Assembly: GCA_019594025.1 (NCBI GenBank)
Contig: JAFDUB010000003.1
Location: 1 to 35,021, forward strand
Length of the DNA: 35,021 nucleotides
DNA from: Thermoplasmata archaeon
GTDB lineage: Archaea; Thermoplasmatota; Thermoplasmata; Halarchaeoplasmatales; Halarchaeoplasmataceae
Direction of reading: 5' to 3'
Every line of letters starts with the position of its first letter. The first letter of the stretch is position 1. Shown piece by piece: positions 9,197 to 17,551 of this stretch. A model generated the notes under the pieces. That model saw nothing but the letters and a program-made list of their open reading frames with translations. It had not been told where the DNA came from and did not search any database. The position numbers and the translations under genes were made by a program.

Positions 9197-12055
9197 TCAC
9201 TCAACGTATATAGCTGGTTTTCTAGGTATCGCTTGTGATGCTTTACCTGCTGGATCGTATGAAATATCGTCCGAGGGATATACGTTGATCTCAGCCTTGA
9301 ATTCATCTTCGAAGAACTTTTGAGAAGCTTCCAGTGTCTCGTATTCGTTTATTTTGATAGACCATGATCCCTTAGCTCCTTTCTCTCTGAGAATTTTTAG
9401 TACCTGCTGAACGTACCCGGAGATCTCCTTCGGAGATGCATCAAGCTCATGGGTTAGTTCACCCATGATGCCCATTCCCTTATCGGGATTATCCAGTATC
9501 TTCATCATTGCCTTTTCTTTCCAATCAGGTGCCACGTAAAGGTGTATTTGTTCGCCATCAACATCGGCGATATCCAGTATCTGTTTGATATCTGACTGTA
9601 CTTCCTTAATATACTCTTCTTCTAACTCCGCTTTTATGGAGATGGCGTCTTCCGGAATTTCATCCAATCGAGTATTAACGATGTATTCTAAGTTCCACTG
9701 CTCGGAGAGTTCCTCGGCAATGTGGGGTGTGAAAGGTACCATCAGTTTAAGCAAGCCGACGGCGACTTCATCTAAAAGTTCACCGTTAGTGCCCCCTCTC
9801 TTGAAGTACCAGTCGATTTCTGAAGGTATATGGTAGTAAACAACGCTAGCCGCCTTTCTTAGTTCGTAATCATCCATGTGCTCTTTTACTCGTTTAACAA
9901 GCGAGTAGAATCTGGAACGTAAGTAATCATCTACGGGTGTTTCTTCACCATCTATTTCTTTCATCCTATGAACTTTATTCCAGATCGAGTTCAGCTTCTT
10001 CCTGTAATTGAAAACTTCGTCTTCGCTCCACTCCTTATCAACGAAAGGACTGGCAGAGTGGGAATAGAATAGCCTCAAAGTATCAACACCGTATTTTTCG
10101 GCCGCATTCGGTATGGGTTCGGCACCCCCTTTAGATTTGGATATCTTTCCGTTCTTTCCAACCAACCACCAGTTCACGAATATACCCCGTGGCCAATCTT
10201 TTTCGTCAAGGATGGCTACATGGTTCATGAGAAAAGGGGGGAAATGGACTGTCATGTGCTCCTTACCTCCTAGATTGAGGTCCAAAGGATACCAGTAATT
10301 GAAATCCGAGCGTACTTGTTCTAGGATCTCTTCACTCAGCGCCGTTTTTCCCGCAACTTCACCAAGGTCTCCTTTATCGAGGCAAACGTAATCGAAGAAA
10401 TCTTCGTTCATGTTCCCCGCTTTTATGCTGCCCTGATTGTAGTGCTTAGCTACTATGTAATAGGCAGGATAAAGTGTAGAATCCGCTATAGCCTCGATAA
10501 CCCACTCCTCATCGAAGGGGAATTCAGTGCCCATCCAATTACCCTTTCTGGCGCAGGAACGGTCCTGGAACCACTCGATAGTATCCGATAGGTTATCGGC
10601 GTAACTCTGCGGTTTGACGCCCATGCCCTTGGCGTGACTCTTGCTCCTCTCTGTAAGCTCTAGGTCTGAGTAGCGGATGAACCATTGGTCGGGAATCTTA
10701 CCGACTACCACCTTCGCACCACACCTGCAGACTACCTCCTCCGAAAGATCGTACATTATATCCGCTTCACCTGAAGCGATCATATCCTCTTTTACCAGTT
10801 CTTTTGCTTCCTGAACACTCATGCCTGAGTAATCACCACAGATATCCTGCATGGTACCCGTGTGGAATCCGGATTTGTATATCTTCTGGGTCGCAGTTTC
10901 TAACTTCTCTTCATCCTTTTGGCTCTTGATACCCATCTCGTGGATTATCTTTTCCGCCGGGTTAATACCCCAGTCCTTGGAGTCTATGATTTCGATGGGT
11001 TCTACGTTTTTTATCTTGTCTTTTAAGCCGTACTTTTTAAGCAGTTTTTCATTCTCTTTCAAATCTCTAAGTGCTATCCAATCATAGGGTGCGTCACTGG
11101 GTACGCTTGTAACGATACCTGTTCCCACATCCGGGTCGGTAAAGGACGCCGGTAGTATGATTATATCTCTGTGGATGGCGGGAGCTGTGGCGTATTTACC
11201 TACCATCTCTTCGCCTTTTATTGTATCAACGATAGTGATGTCGTCTTTTTGATACTTCAACTTCTCCACGGCTTTATCACTGAGGATCCACTTTTCGCCT
11301 TCGACCTCTGCTACAACGTATTCCTCTTCCGGTTCCACCCATAGATTGGTCTGTCCGAATACGGTTTCCGGCCGTAAAGTGGCGGCGGTTATGTACACCC
11401 CATCGAATTTGAACTTTAGAAGTGTGTACTCCTGCTTCTCCGCCGTTCCTCCTTTGGAAAGGTCGGTTTCGGAAGGGTCCACCGCTACCGGTCCGCACTC
11501 GATGCACACCGTACCGAAATAGTCCTTCTGGGTTAGCAGGCCTTTCTCTTTCAACTTCTTGAATTGCCATTTTATGAACTGTCTGTAATCCTCACGTATG
11601 GAATAGGTGAAATAGTCGAAATCTATGCTGATCCCGAACTTTTTCCAGTATTTTTCTATGTAAACTTCATTGAAGTAGGAAACTAGTTCTTTTGGATCCT
11701 TCACCCTCTCTATATCCTCCTCTGTGGCACCGTTCCTCTTCATGTAATCTATCTTCTTCTGAACCCCCTCTTCTATATGTTTCGATAGACTGTAAGCCTG
11801 ATTACCGGTTGGATGTGTGCCGGTGGGGAATAGTACGTTGTATCCCTCCATGCGCTTGTATCGTGCGATCATATCCGTGTAGCTGTAACATCTCATATGG
11901 CCGAGGTGAAGAAACCCGGATATTCCCGGATATGCAAAAATGAGGTAAAAGGGTTCTTTGGAATCGTCCACTTCCGCTCTATCAACCTCCCCCTGCTCCC
12001 ACCTACGCTGCCACTTTTCTTCGATATCTACAGGGTCGTAGTCTTTCATATTCAA
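9197..12055 (-). CDS. leuS: Leucine--tRNA ligase (archaeal type)
   Basis: HLGH (HIGH), KISKS (KMSKS), editing-domain 'ATLRPET' and 'GTGIVTSVPSDAPYD', C-terminal 'P.KPAIYVE'; start may be ATG 12049. Confidence 0.95.
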   Translation of the reverse strand: MNMKDYDPVDIEEKWQRRWEQGEVDRAEVDDSKEPFYLIFAYPGISGFLHLGHMRCYSYTDMIARYKRMEGYNVLFPTGTHPTGNQAYSLSKHIEEGVQKKIDYMKRNGATEEDIERVKDPKELVSYFNEVYIEKYWKKFGISIDFDYFTYSIREDYRQFIKWQFKKLKEKGLLTQKDYFGTVCIECGPVAVDPSETDLSKGGTAEKQEYTLLKFKFDGVYITAATLRPETVFGQTNLWVEPEEEYVVAEVEGEKWILSDKAVEKLKYQKDDITIVDTIKGEEMVGKYATAPAIHRDIIILPASFTDPDVGTGIVTSVPSDAPYDWIALRDLKENEKLLKKYGLKDKIKNVEPIEIIDSKDWGINPAEKIIHEMGIKSQKDEEKLETATQKIYKSGFHTGTMQDICGDYSGMSVQEAKELVKEDMIASGEADIMYDLSEEVVCRCGAKVVVGKIPDQWFIRYSDLELTERSKSHAKGMGVKPQSYADNLSDTIEWFQDRSCARKGNWMGTEFPFDEEWVIEAIADSTLYPAYYIVAKHYNQGSIKAGNMNEDFFDYVCLDKGDLGEVAGKTALSEEILEQVRSDFNYWYPLDLNLGGKEHMTVHFPPFLMNHVAILDEKDWPRGIFVNWWLVGKNGKISKSKGGAEPIPNAAEKYGVDTLRLFYSHSASPFVDKEWSEDEVFNYRKKLNSIWNKVHRMKEIDGEETPVDDYLRSRFYSLVKRVKEHMDDYELRKAASVVYYHIPSEIDWYFKRGGTNGELLDEVAVGLLKLMVPFTPHIAEELSEQWNLEYIVNTRLDEIPEDAISIKAELEEEYIKEVQSDIKQILDIADVDGEQIHLYVAPDWKEKAMMKILDNPDKGMGIMGELTHELDASPKEISGYVQQVLKILREKGAKGSWSIKINEYETLEASQKFFEDEFKAEINVYPSDDISYDPAGKASQAIPRKPAIYVE

Positions 12056-12130
12056 TCGAATTATGGATGATTATTTAAAGTCTTTCGAATATTGGATGTC
12101 TAGGATCGGTAGGTGAAGTGATACATGAAT

Positions 12131-12209
12131 TGTAGTAACTACAGTCTAAATTGGTGAAATATTGTATTAACAACAACTATAAGAAAAAAATAACGGTTGT
12201 AACTACAGT
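12131..12209. repeat. 13-bp palindrome plus 11-bp direct repeat in the leuS/tpiA divergent intergenic region
   Basis: TGTAGT-A-ACTACA at 12131-12143; GTAACTACAGT at 12135-12145 and 12199-12209. Confidence 0.6.
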
Positions 12210-12243
12210 AAAACAAGGAATGTAAATGTGGTAATTCAAGTAG

Positions 12244-12399
12244 AACTTTAAGGTAGATAAGAAGGATGCAAAGAATCTGTTAAAGTTGCCCGAGGAGTAT
12301 CAGTTATTCCTGATCACCAAAGAAAGATACGACGACTGGACTATAGATGGTAGAACGGTAAAAGTGGTACCTCTGTGGTTGTTAACTCTCTGTGTCTGA
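12244..12399 (+). pseudogene. Start-less 3' remnant resembling the C-terminus of an AAA/DUF4143 ATPase
   Basis: Open frame NFKVDKKDAKNLLKLPEEYQLFLITKERYDDWTIDGRTVKVVPLWLLTLCV*; '(I/V)KV(I/V)PLW' ending typical of that family; TAG immediately upstream, no ATG. Confidence 0.55.
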
Positions 12400-12498
12400 T
12401 AACCTATCATAAAGGCAGTATTTTGGTTCTCTATCAACATCTGATAAAAAAAACACGGTTAAATTTTTATCTGTTGAGATGATAAACCATCGATATCA

Positions 12499-13161
12499 AT
12501 GATAGAAACTCCTGTGATAATGGTGAACTATAAGACGTACAGCCAGTCCATCGGTGAGAGTGGATTGGAACTGACGAAGAAGATCGAAAATGCCGCCGAG
12601 GCGTCCTGGCTGGTATGCCCCCAACCGGTGGATATCCGTACTATCAAAGAGAAGACGAATATACCTGTTTTTTCACAACATATCGACGCCGTTAAACCGG
12701 GAAGCAACACCGGTCATCTGTTGATAGACGCCATGGTGGATGCAGGGGTTGAAGGAACCCTGATCAACCACTCCGAGAACAGGTTGAAGTTATCGGAGAT
12801 CGACGAGATAGTGACCATGTGTAAGGAAAAAGGGCTGACTACGGTGATATGTGCTAACAATCCGGCGACCTCTGCGGCTGCGGCGGCACTAAAACCGGAT
12901 TTCGTGGCCTACGAACCTCCGGAGCTCATAGGCGGAGATATATCAGTATCCACTGCAAAACCTGAAGTAGTGAGGGAGGCCGTCGAACGTGTAAAAGCGG
13001 TCGATCCCGACGTCAAAGTGCTTTGCGGTGCCGGAGTAAAGAACGGAAAGGATGTAAAAAAGGCGCTGGAGCTCGGTACGGAGGGTGTTCTATTAGCATC
13101 AGGTTTGGTAAAATCAGATGACGTCGAAGGGGTCATTCGAGACCTAGAAAGCAGCCTATGA
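12499..13161 (+). CDS. tpiA: Triosephosphate isomerase (archaeal type)
   Basis: 'VNYKTY', 'LINHSE', 'AYEPPELIG', 'LCGAGV', 'GVLLASG'; 220 aa. Confidence 0.97.
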   Translation: MIETPVIMVNYKTYSQSIGESGLELTKKIENAAEASWLVCPQPVDIRTIKEKTNIPVFSQHIDAVKPGSNTGHLLIDAMVDAGVEGTLINHSENRLKLSEIDEIVTMCKEKGLTTVICANNPATSAAAAALKPDFVAYEPPELIGGDISVSTAKPEVVREAVERVKAVDPDVKVLCGAGVKNGKDVKKALELGTEGVLLASGLVKSDDVEGVIRDLESSL

Positions 13162-13164
13162 GCA

Positions 13165-14241
13165 TCATCTAGGCTCAAGAGCGTCTTCAGGGCATATCTC
13201 GGCGCAGCAGTAGCATCTGATGCACTTCCACCAACTTATCTTGGGATACTGATTCATCTTGATGGCATCCTCGGGACATATCCTCATACACTCTCCGCAG
13301 GAGATGCACTTATCAGCATATAAATTCGGCCTTTTCATGTACAGGTTCGCCATCACACCACCAAAGGTTTCAGGCAACCACCAGGGTGTAGACCCACCTT
13401 CGGGGTAATTTACATTTACCTCACTCGGTAGTTCTCCTACAACATCGATATCCGAAAGTTTTACCTCCCTGAACAAAGGCACTTTTGATGTATCGATACC
13501 CACTGCTTTACACGCCATATAATCCAGGGCCGGAGCGTCGGTAGATGCAAGGATAATTGATAATTTAACAGGATCTCCTCCAGCAGGCCCCTTTCCTTCC
13601 ATACCTACGATCCCGTCCATTATGGATATGTCTGGTGAAACTGCATCGTGTACGTCCAAAAGCATCCTGTTAAACGTTTTCATCCCTTTGTACTGTCCGT
13701 GAAATGCGGACTTCATGAGTCCGGGAACCATTCCGTAGGTGTTCTTTACCGCACCTGTAAATACCGTTAGTGAATGGGTTTTGAGTTTCGGTAGGTTGAC
13801 CACCAAATCCGCATCATTGCATACATTCATCACCGGAACTGATTTGAGTACCCGCCCTTCAGGTAAAGGTACGTGAGAATATGACAAGTCGTAGTTCAAA
13901 ACCGCATCGGTTTCTTCTGGTATCCTAGTCCAAATCGATTTCTCATAACATCTTTTCAAGAATTTTTTCGAACTCGGTCCACCTGGGCTATCACCTACGA
14001 TCACTTTCATACCTGCATCCTCTAACTCCCGTATAACTGCTATAATAAATTCGGGATGAGTGGTAACCGCTTTCTCAGGGGGAGCACCCTTCAGTAGATT
14101 CGGCTTTACCAGTGCGGTACCACCAGAAAAAGTTAATTTCTTAAATGGTAAGAATATGCTTTTAACGCTGCCCTGCACATTTTGATAATCACCGCATCTT
14201 CTTACGTGAACCTCAGCCATATACTCTTCACCACTGCTCAA
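13165..14241 (-). CDS. DUF362 domain protein with C-terminal 2x[4Fe-4S] ferredoxin domain
   Basis: 'VKPNL', 'TTHP', 'NLPKLKTH', 'GAVKN', 'MEG.GP'; two CxxCxxCxxxCP motifs; real start may be the second Met. Confidence 0.9.
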   Translation of the reverse strand: MSSGEEYMAEVHVRRCGDYQNVQGSVKSIFLPFKKLTFSGGTALVKPNLLKGAPPEKAVTTHPEFIIAVIRELEDAGMKVIVGDSPGGPSSKKFLKRCYEKSIWTRIPEETDAVLNYDLSYSHVPLPEGRVLKSVPVMNVCNDADLVVNLPKLKTHSLTVFTGAVKNTYGMVPGLMKSAFHGQYKGMKTFNRMLLDVHDAVSPDISIMDGIVGMEGKGPAGGDPVKLSIILASTDAPALDYMACKAVGIDTSKVPLFREVKLSDIDVVGELPSEVNVNYPEGGSTPWWLPETFGGVMANLYMKRPNLYADKCISCGECMRICPEDAIKMNQYPKISWWKCIRCYCCAEICPEDALEPR

Positions 14242-14951
14242 GAAGGTATGGGTATGAACTCACAGTAGCCTATATCATCCGCCTTTTTCTTTAAATCGTC
14301 CCAATACTTTATGTAATGTGCGGCCACCGGATAAAATAGGTGATCCTCTATGAATTTATGGTGATGAAGTGAATAGATAAGAGCATTTAACTCTCTAATA
14401 AGTTGGTATCTGTTTTCAGTGCCATTATCAAACAGTTCTTCGAGCCTATCCCGTCTTTCAACAAAATCATTGTGCTCTTTAGCCAGCATATTCAAACGTC
14501 CTTCCATCTCATTTCCTAAAACTCTTCTTAACTCGACAAAAAGAGTTTGCTCTTCCCTGTTAATATGCAAAGTGATCTGGTATAGGTTGTCTATAACCGT
14601 GCATATCACCTTGTCTTCCATGAAATACGCCTTACTACGTAGTGAGGAGGATATTTTGTCGAGTGAAGATAAAAATTCTCCAATCTTTTCATGCTCTTTT
14701 ATAAACGGAAGAACCGGGTGTCCTTCCTCTAACTGCTCCTGGAGCTTCTTCGACTCACCTTGAAGTAACTCCACGTAAAGTTTGCCGATCTCTTTTATAT
14801 CCGCTTCCTTCAAACCGTCGGCCATCAACTCTATCTCAGCCAGGTAGAGATTTATGGTCGGTACTCCCTCCAGCGCCTCTAGAGCGTCCTCCTTGGTAAT
14901 CACGTTGAAGTGATATCCTTTCAACACGTCTATCACATCGTCTACTTCCAT
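14238..14951 (-). CDS. Hemerythrin-like (DUF438-type) protein
   Basis: 'GHPV..F..EH', 'H..REE..LF', 'EH', 'H...ED..FYP' hemerythrin/HHE pattern. Confidence 0.7.
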   Translation of the reverse strand: MEVDDVIDVLKGYHFNVITKEDALEALEGVPTINLYLAEIELMADGLKEADIKEIGKLYVELLQGESKKLQEQLEEGHPVLPFIKEHEKIGEFLSSLDKISSSLRSKAYFMEDKVICTVIDNLYQITLHINREEQTLFVELRRVLGNEMEGRLNMLAKEHNDFVERRDRLEELFDNGTENRYQLIRELNALIYSLHHHKFIEDHLFYPVAAHYIKYWDDLKKKADDIGYCEFIPIPS

Positions 14952-14954
14952 AGA

Positions 14955-15599
14955 TTACTCCACAAAGTGTACCACCACTTTTTCAACGTCCCACATAGGC
15001 TCTATCTTCTCTTTGATATCCTCTTTGATAGCGTTGGCGAATTGATGGTCTTCTGTTAAATCTACATGGATATCCACAACACCTTCTTCAACCGATATAT
15101 CGTGAATTAGGTCTGTTCGGATCACGTCCAAACCGGTCATAGGATTCATAACACGCTTCAATCTTTTCTCAACTACCTCCGGTGTAGTAGGCTCTTTTTC
15201 CTTCACCAAACCGTGTCTTTCTTCGTAATCCCTGATAGCACTTCTTAATCCGTCGATAGCTAAAACCGAGCAGTGTGCCTTTATAGGTGGTAAACCACCC
15301 AATTCATCGGCGGCGTCTTCCCAAGTTATCTTCTTCGCCTCTTCTACGGTCTTCCCCTTGGCCATCTCGGTTATTATTGAACCGGTAGCTATGTTGGAAG
15401 CGCATCCGTAGGATTCAAACTTAACATCGGTTATGGTCTGTGTCTCCTGATCCACCTTTATGTAAACCTTGACCATGTCCCCACAGGCCGGACTGCCTTC
15501 CTGTGCCTTTCCATCAGGATCGTCTATCTTTCCTACGTTTTTTGGATTTTTGAAGTATTCGATTACTTTCTCGCTGTACGGTAAACCCATATCTATCAC
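14955..15599 (-). CDS. iscU: IscU/NifU-type Fe-S scaffold fused to a C-terminal DUF59-like domain
   Basis: 'YSEKV..YF.NPKNVG', 'ACGD', 'YGCASNIA', 'LPPIKAHCS'; tail 'LKRVMNPMTGLDVI...LIHDISV'; likely start ATG 15590. Confidence 0.9.
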   Translation of the reverse strand: MIDMGLPYSEKVIEYFKNPKNVGKIDDPDGKAQEGSPACGDMVKVYIKVDQETQTITDVKFESYGCASNIATGSIITEMAKGKTVEEAKKITWEDAADELGGLPPIKAHCSVLAIDGLRSAIRDYEERHGLVKEKEPTTPEVVEKRLKRVMNPMTGLDVIRTDLIHDISVEEGVVDIHVDLTEDHQFANAIKEDIKEKIEPMWDVEKVVVHFVE

Positions 15600-16750
15600 T
15601 CCTTTCCTAGAGGGCTTATCTCCCTCAATCTTTCTACTACCTCTTTAATGTTATCTACAACATAATCAACATCATCCTGAGTACTGTATCTACCCAAGGA
15701 GAATCTAACAGAACCGTGGGCCCTTTCGTGGTCTCCACCGATACCCATTATCACGTGACTTGCCTCTAGCGAGCGGCTGAAACACGCGGATCCGGTGCTC
15801 ACGGCAACTCCCCTCATATCCATATGAAGTGTGATGGATTCACCCTCCACATAATGGAAGGTGATATTGGCGTTCTGAGGTATACGCTCTTCTCTAGCTC
15901 CGTTCAAGGTGGTATCAGGTATCTCTTTTAACACCCTGTCGATGATCCGATCTCTCAATTCCTTTATCCTGTCGTTCTCTTCCTTGGTCACAAGCTCAAC
16001 AGCTTTGGCAAAACCGACAGCACCGGGTATATTCTCCAGTCCACCTCGTTTGTCGAACTCCTGAAAACCTCCATCCATCTGCTTTTTTATGTTGATTCCA
16101 TCGCGCAAGTAAAGGGCGCCTATTCCCTTGGGTCCATGGATGGTATGAGCAGATAAAGTGATCAAATCGGCGGGGATCTCGTTCACATCCAAGGGAATAC
16201 GTGTGAACGTGTGAGTTGCATCGGTGTGAAAGAACACTCCTGCATCTTTACATATCTCTGCGAGCTTTTTTATATCCTGAAGGGTACCGATCTCCTGGTT
16301 GGCGTGCTGTATGGATACCAGCACTGTGTCATCCCTTATTTCTTCTTTTAAATCATCAGGATCGATAAATCCTTCATCGTCTACAGTTAGGTATGAAACA
16401 TCATATCCTGCTTTTTCAAGTGTTCTAGCGCTGTGAAGTACGGAAAAATCTTCAATATCGGATATTATCAGATGTCCATCATTAGCGGACAAAACACCTT
16501 TCAAAGCAAGGTTACTCGACTCCGCCGACCCGGATGTGAACACTATCTCCTGTGGGCTAGCCCCGATATTTTCCGCGATCGACTTTCTAGCACCATCCAA
16601 ACCTTCCTTTGACTCGACACCCATGGAATGTCCGAATTCGGACGTAGCTACTGCGTACTTATCGAAAAAATACGGTTCCATAGCCTCCATCACTCTTTCG
16701 TCGAGGCACGTACTTGAAGCGTTATCCATATATACTTTCTTTCTTGACAC
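15596..16750 (-). CDS. iscS: IscS/NifS-like protein with non-canonical PLP site
   Basis: 'YMDNA', 'EIVFTSG', 'HTDA', 'GPKG.GAL', 'STGSAC', 'SVRFSLG'; GTG start 16750 after GGTGA RBS; SAHT instead of SAHK. Confidence 0.85.
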   Translation of the reverse strand: MSRKKVYMDNASSTCLDERVMEAMEPYFFDKYAVATSEFGHSMGVESKEGLDGARKSIAENIGASPQEIVFTSGSAESSNLALKGVLSANDGHLIISDIEDFSVLHSARTLEKAGYDVSYLTVDDEGFIDPDDLKEEIRDDTVLVSIQHANQEIGTLQDIKKLAEICKDAGVFFHTDATHTFTRIPLDVNEIPADLITLSAHTIHGPKGIGALYLRDGINIKKQMDGGFQEFDKRGGLENIPGAVGFAKAVELVTKEENDRIKELRDRIIDRVLKEIPDTTLNGAREERIPQNANITFHYVEGESITLHMDMRGVAVSTGSACFSRSLEASHVIMGIGGDHERAHGSVRFSLGRYSTQDDVDYVVDNIKEVVERLREISPLGKE

Positions 16751-16761
16751 TTTTATCACCT

Positions 16762-17190
16762 TTATAGGAATAGTGTAATATCGGACTCCCTGGCCTCCTT
16801 TATATATGTTCCGACGGCGCAGTAGTCACCTATCAGATCACGGTCCAAATCCTCTCTTTTCACACCCATTATATCCATGGTCATATCGCATGCCAGGACT
16901 TTACCGCCTAGTTCGATATAATCATCCATGAGGTCTTTCAACGAACGAACATTCGCCTTCTTCATCTTTCTCTTAACCATCCACTTTCCCAGTCCAAGCA
17001 TATTCATACGAGATAGCGGTCCTTTTTCTAAGCGACCTTTTTTCAACCTATCTAGCCCCCAGAATGTAAAGTATATCGATACGTCCATACCCATAGATAG
17101 AGCGCCTGTACCTACCACAAGCGCACTGTATAGTCTATCGTAATAACCGCTCTGCATAATTATCGTCGCTTTATCAGCCATCCGCATCAC
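16762..17190 (-). CDS. DsrE2/DrsH-like sulfur carrier protein
   Basis: 'IYFTFWGL', 'ACDMTMDIMG' with conserved Cys, 'ITLFL' terminus. Confidence 0.85.
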   Translation of the reverse strand: MMRMADKATIIMQSGYYDRLYSALVVGTGALSMGMDVSIYFTFWGLDRLKKGRLEKGPLSRMNMLGLGKWMVKRKMKKANVRSLKDLMDDYIELGGKVLACDMTMDIMGVKREDLDRDLIGDYCAVGTYIKEARESDITLFL

Positions 17191-17422
17191 CAGGTATCTT
17201 TATAGTTATCTTCCATTTATCGTCCTTTTGTTCAACACTAATAAGCTCCAATCCTAGTGATTCTACGGCCATGGGTATCTCATCCTTTGAAGGAGGATGA
17301 TTTCCAACGATCTCGATAATATCTCCCGCTTCAGCTTTTCGGATAGCCTTCCTTGTTTCTACCAAAGGTACAGGGCATGTTTCCCCTGTTACGTTTATCT
17401 TAATCGTCTTTTTTTCTTCCAT
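17174..17422 (-). CDS. tusA: TusA family sulfurtransferase
   Basis: 'GETCPVPLV' CPxP motif; ATG 17422 follows GGGGT RBS (ORF track starts at 17449). Confidence 0.88.
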   Translation of the reverse strand: MEEKKTIKINVTGETCPVPLVETRKAIRKAEAGDIIEIVGNHPPSKDEIPMAVESLGLELISVEQKDDKWKITIKIPGDADG

Positions 17423-17551
17423 TTGATTACCCCTTATCTGATAGTTCATGTGGATTATTAGTTTTCCCTAGGTTATAAACACTATAAGGTGATTATAGTA
17501 TTTATACTTTTAGTTCCAAAAAGATTATATCCTGTTATACACATTGTTAAT

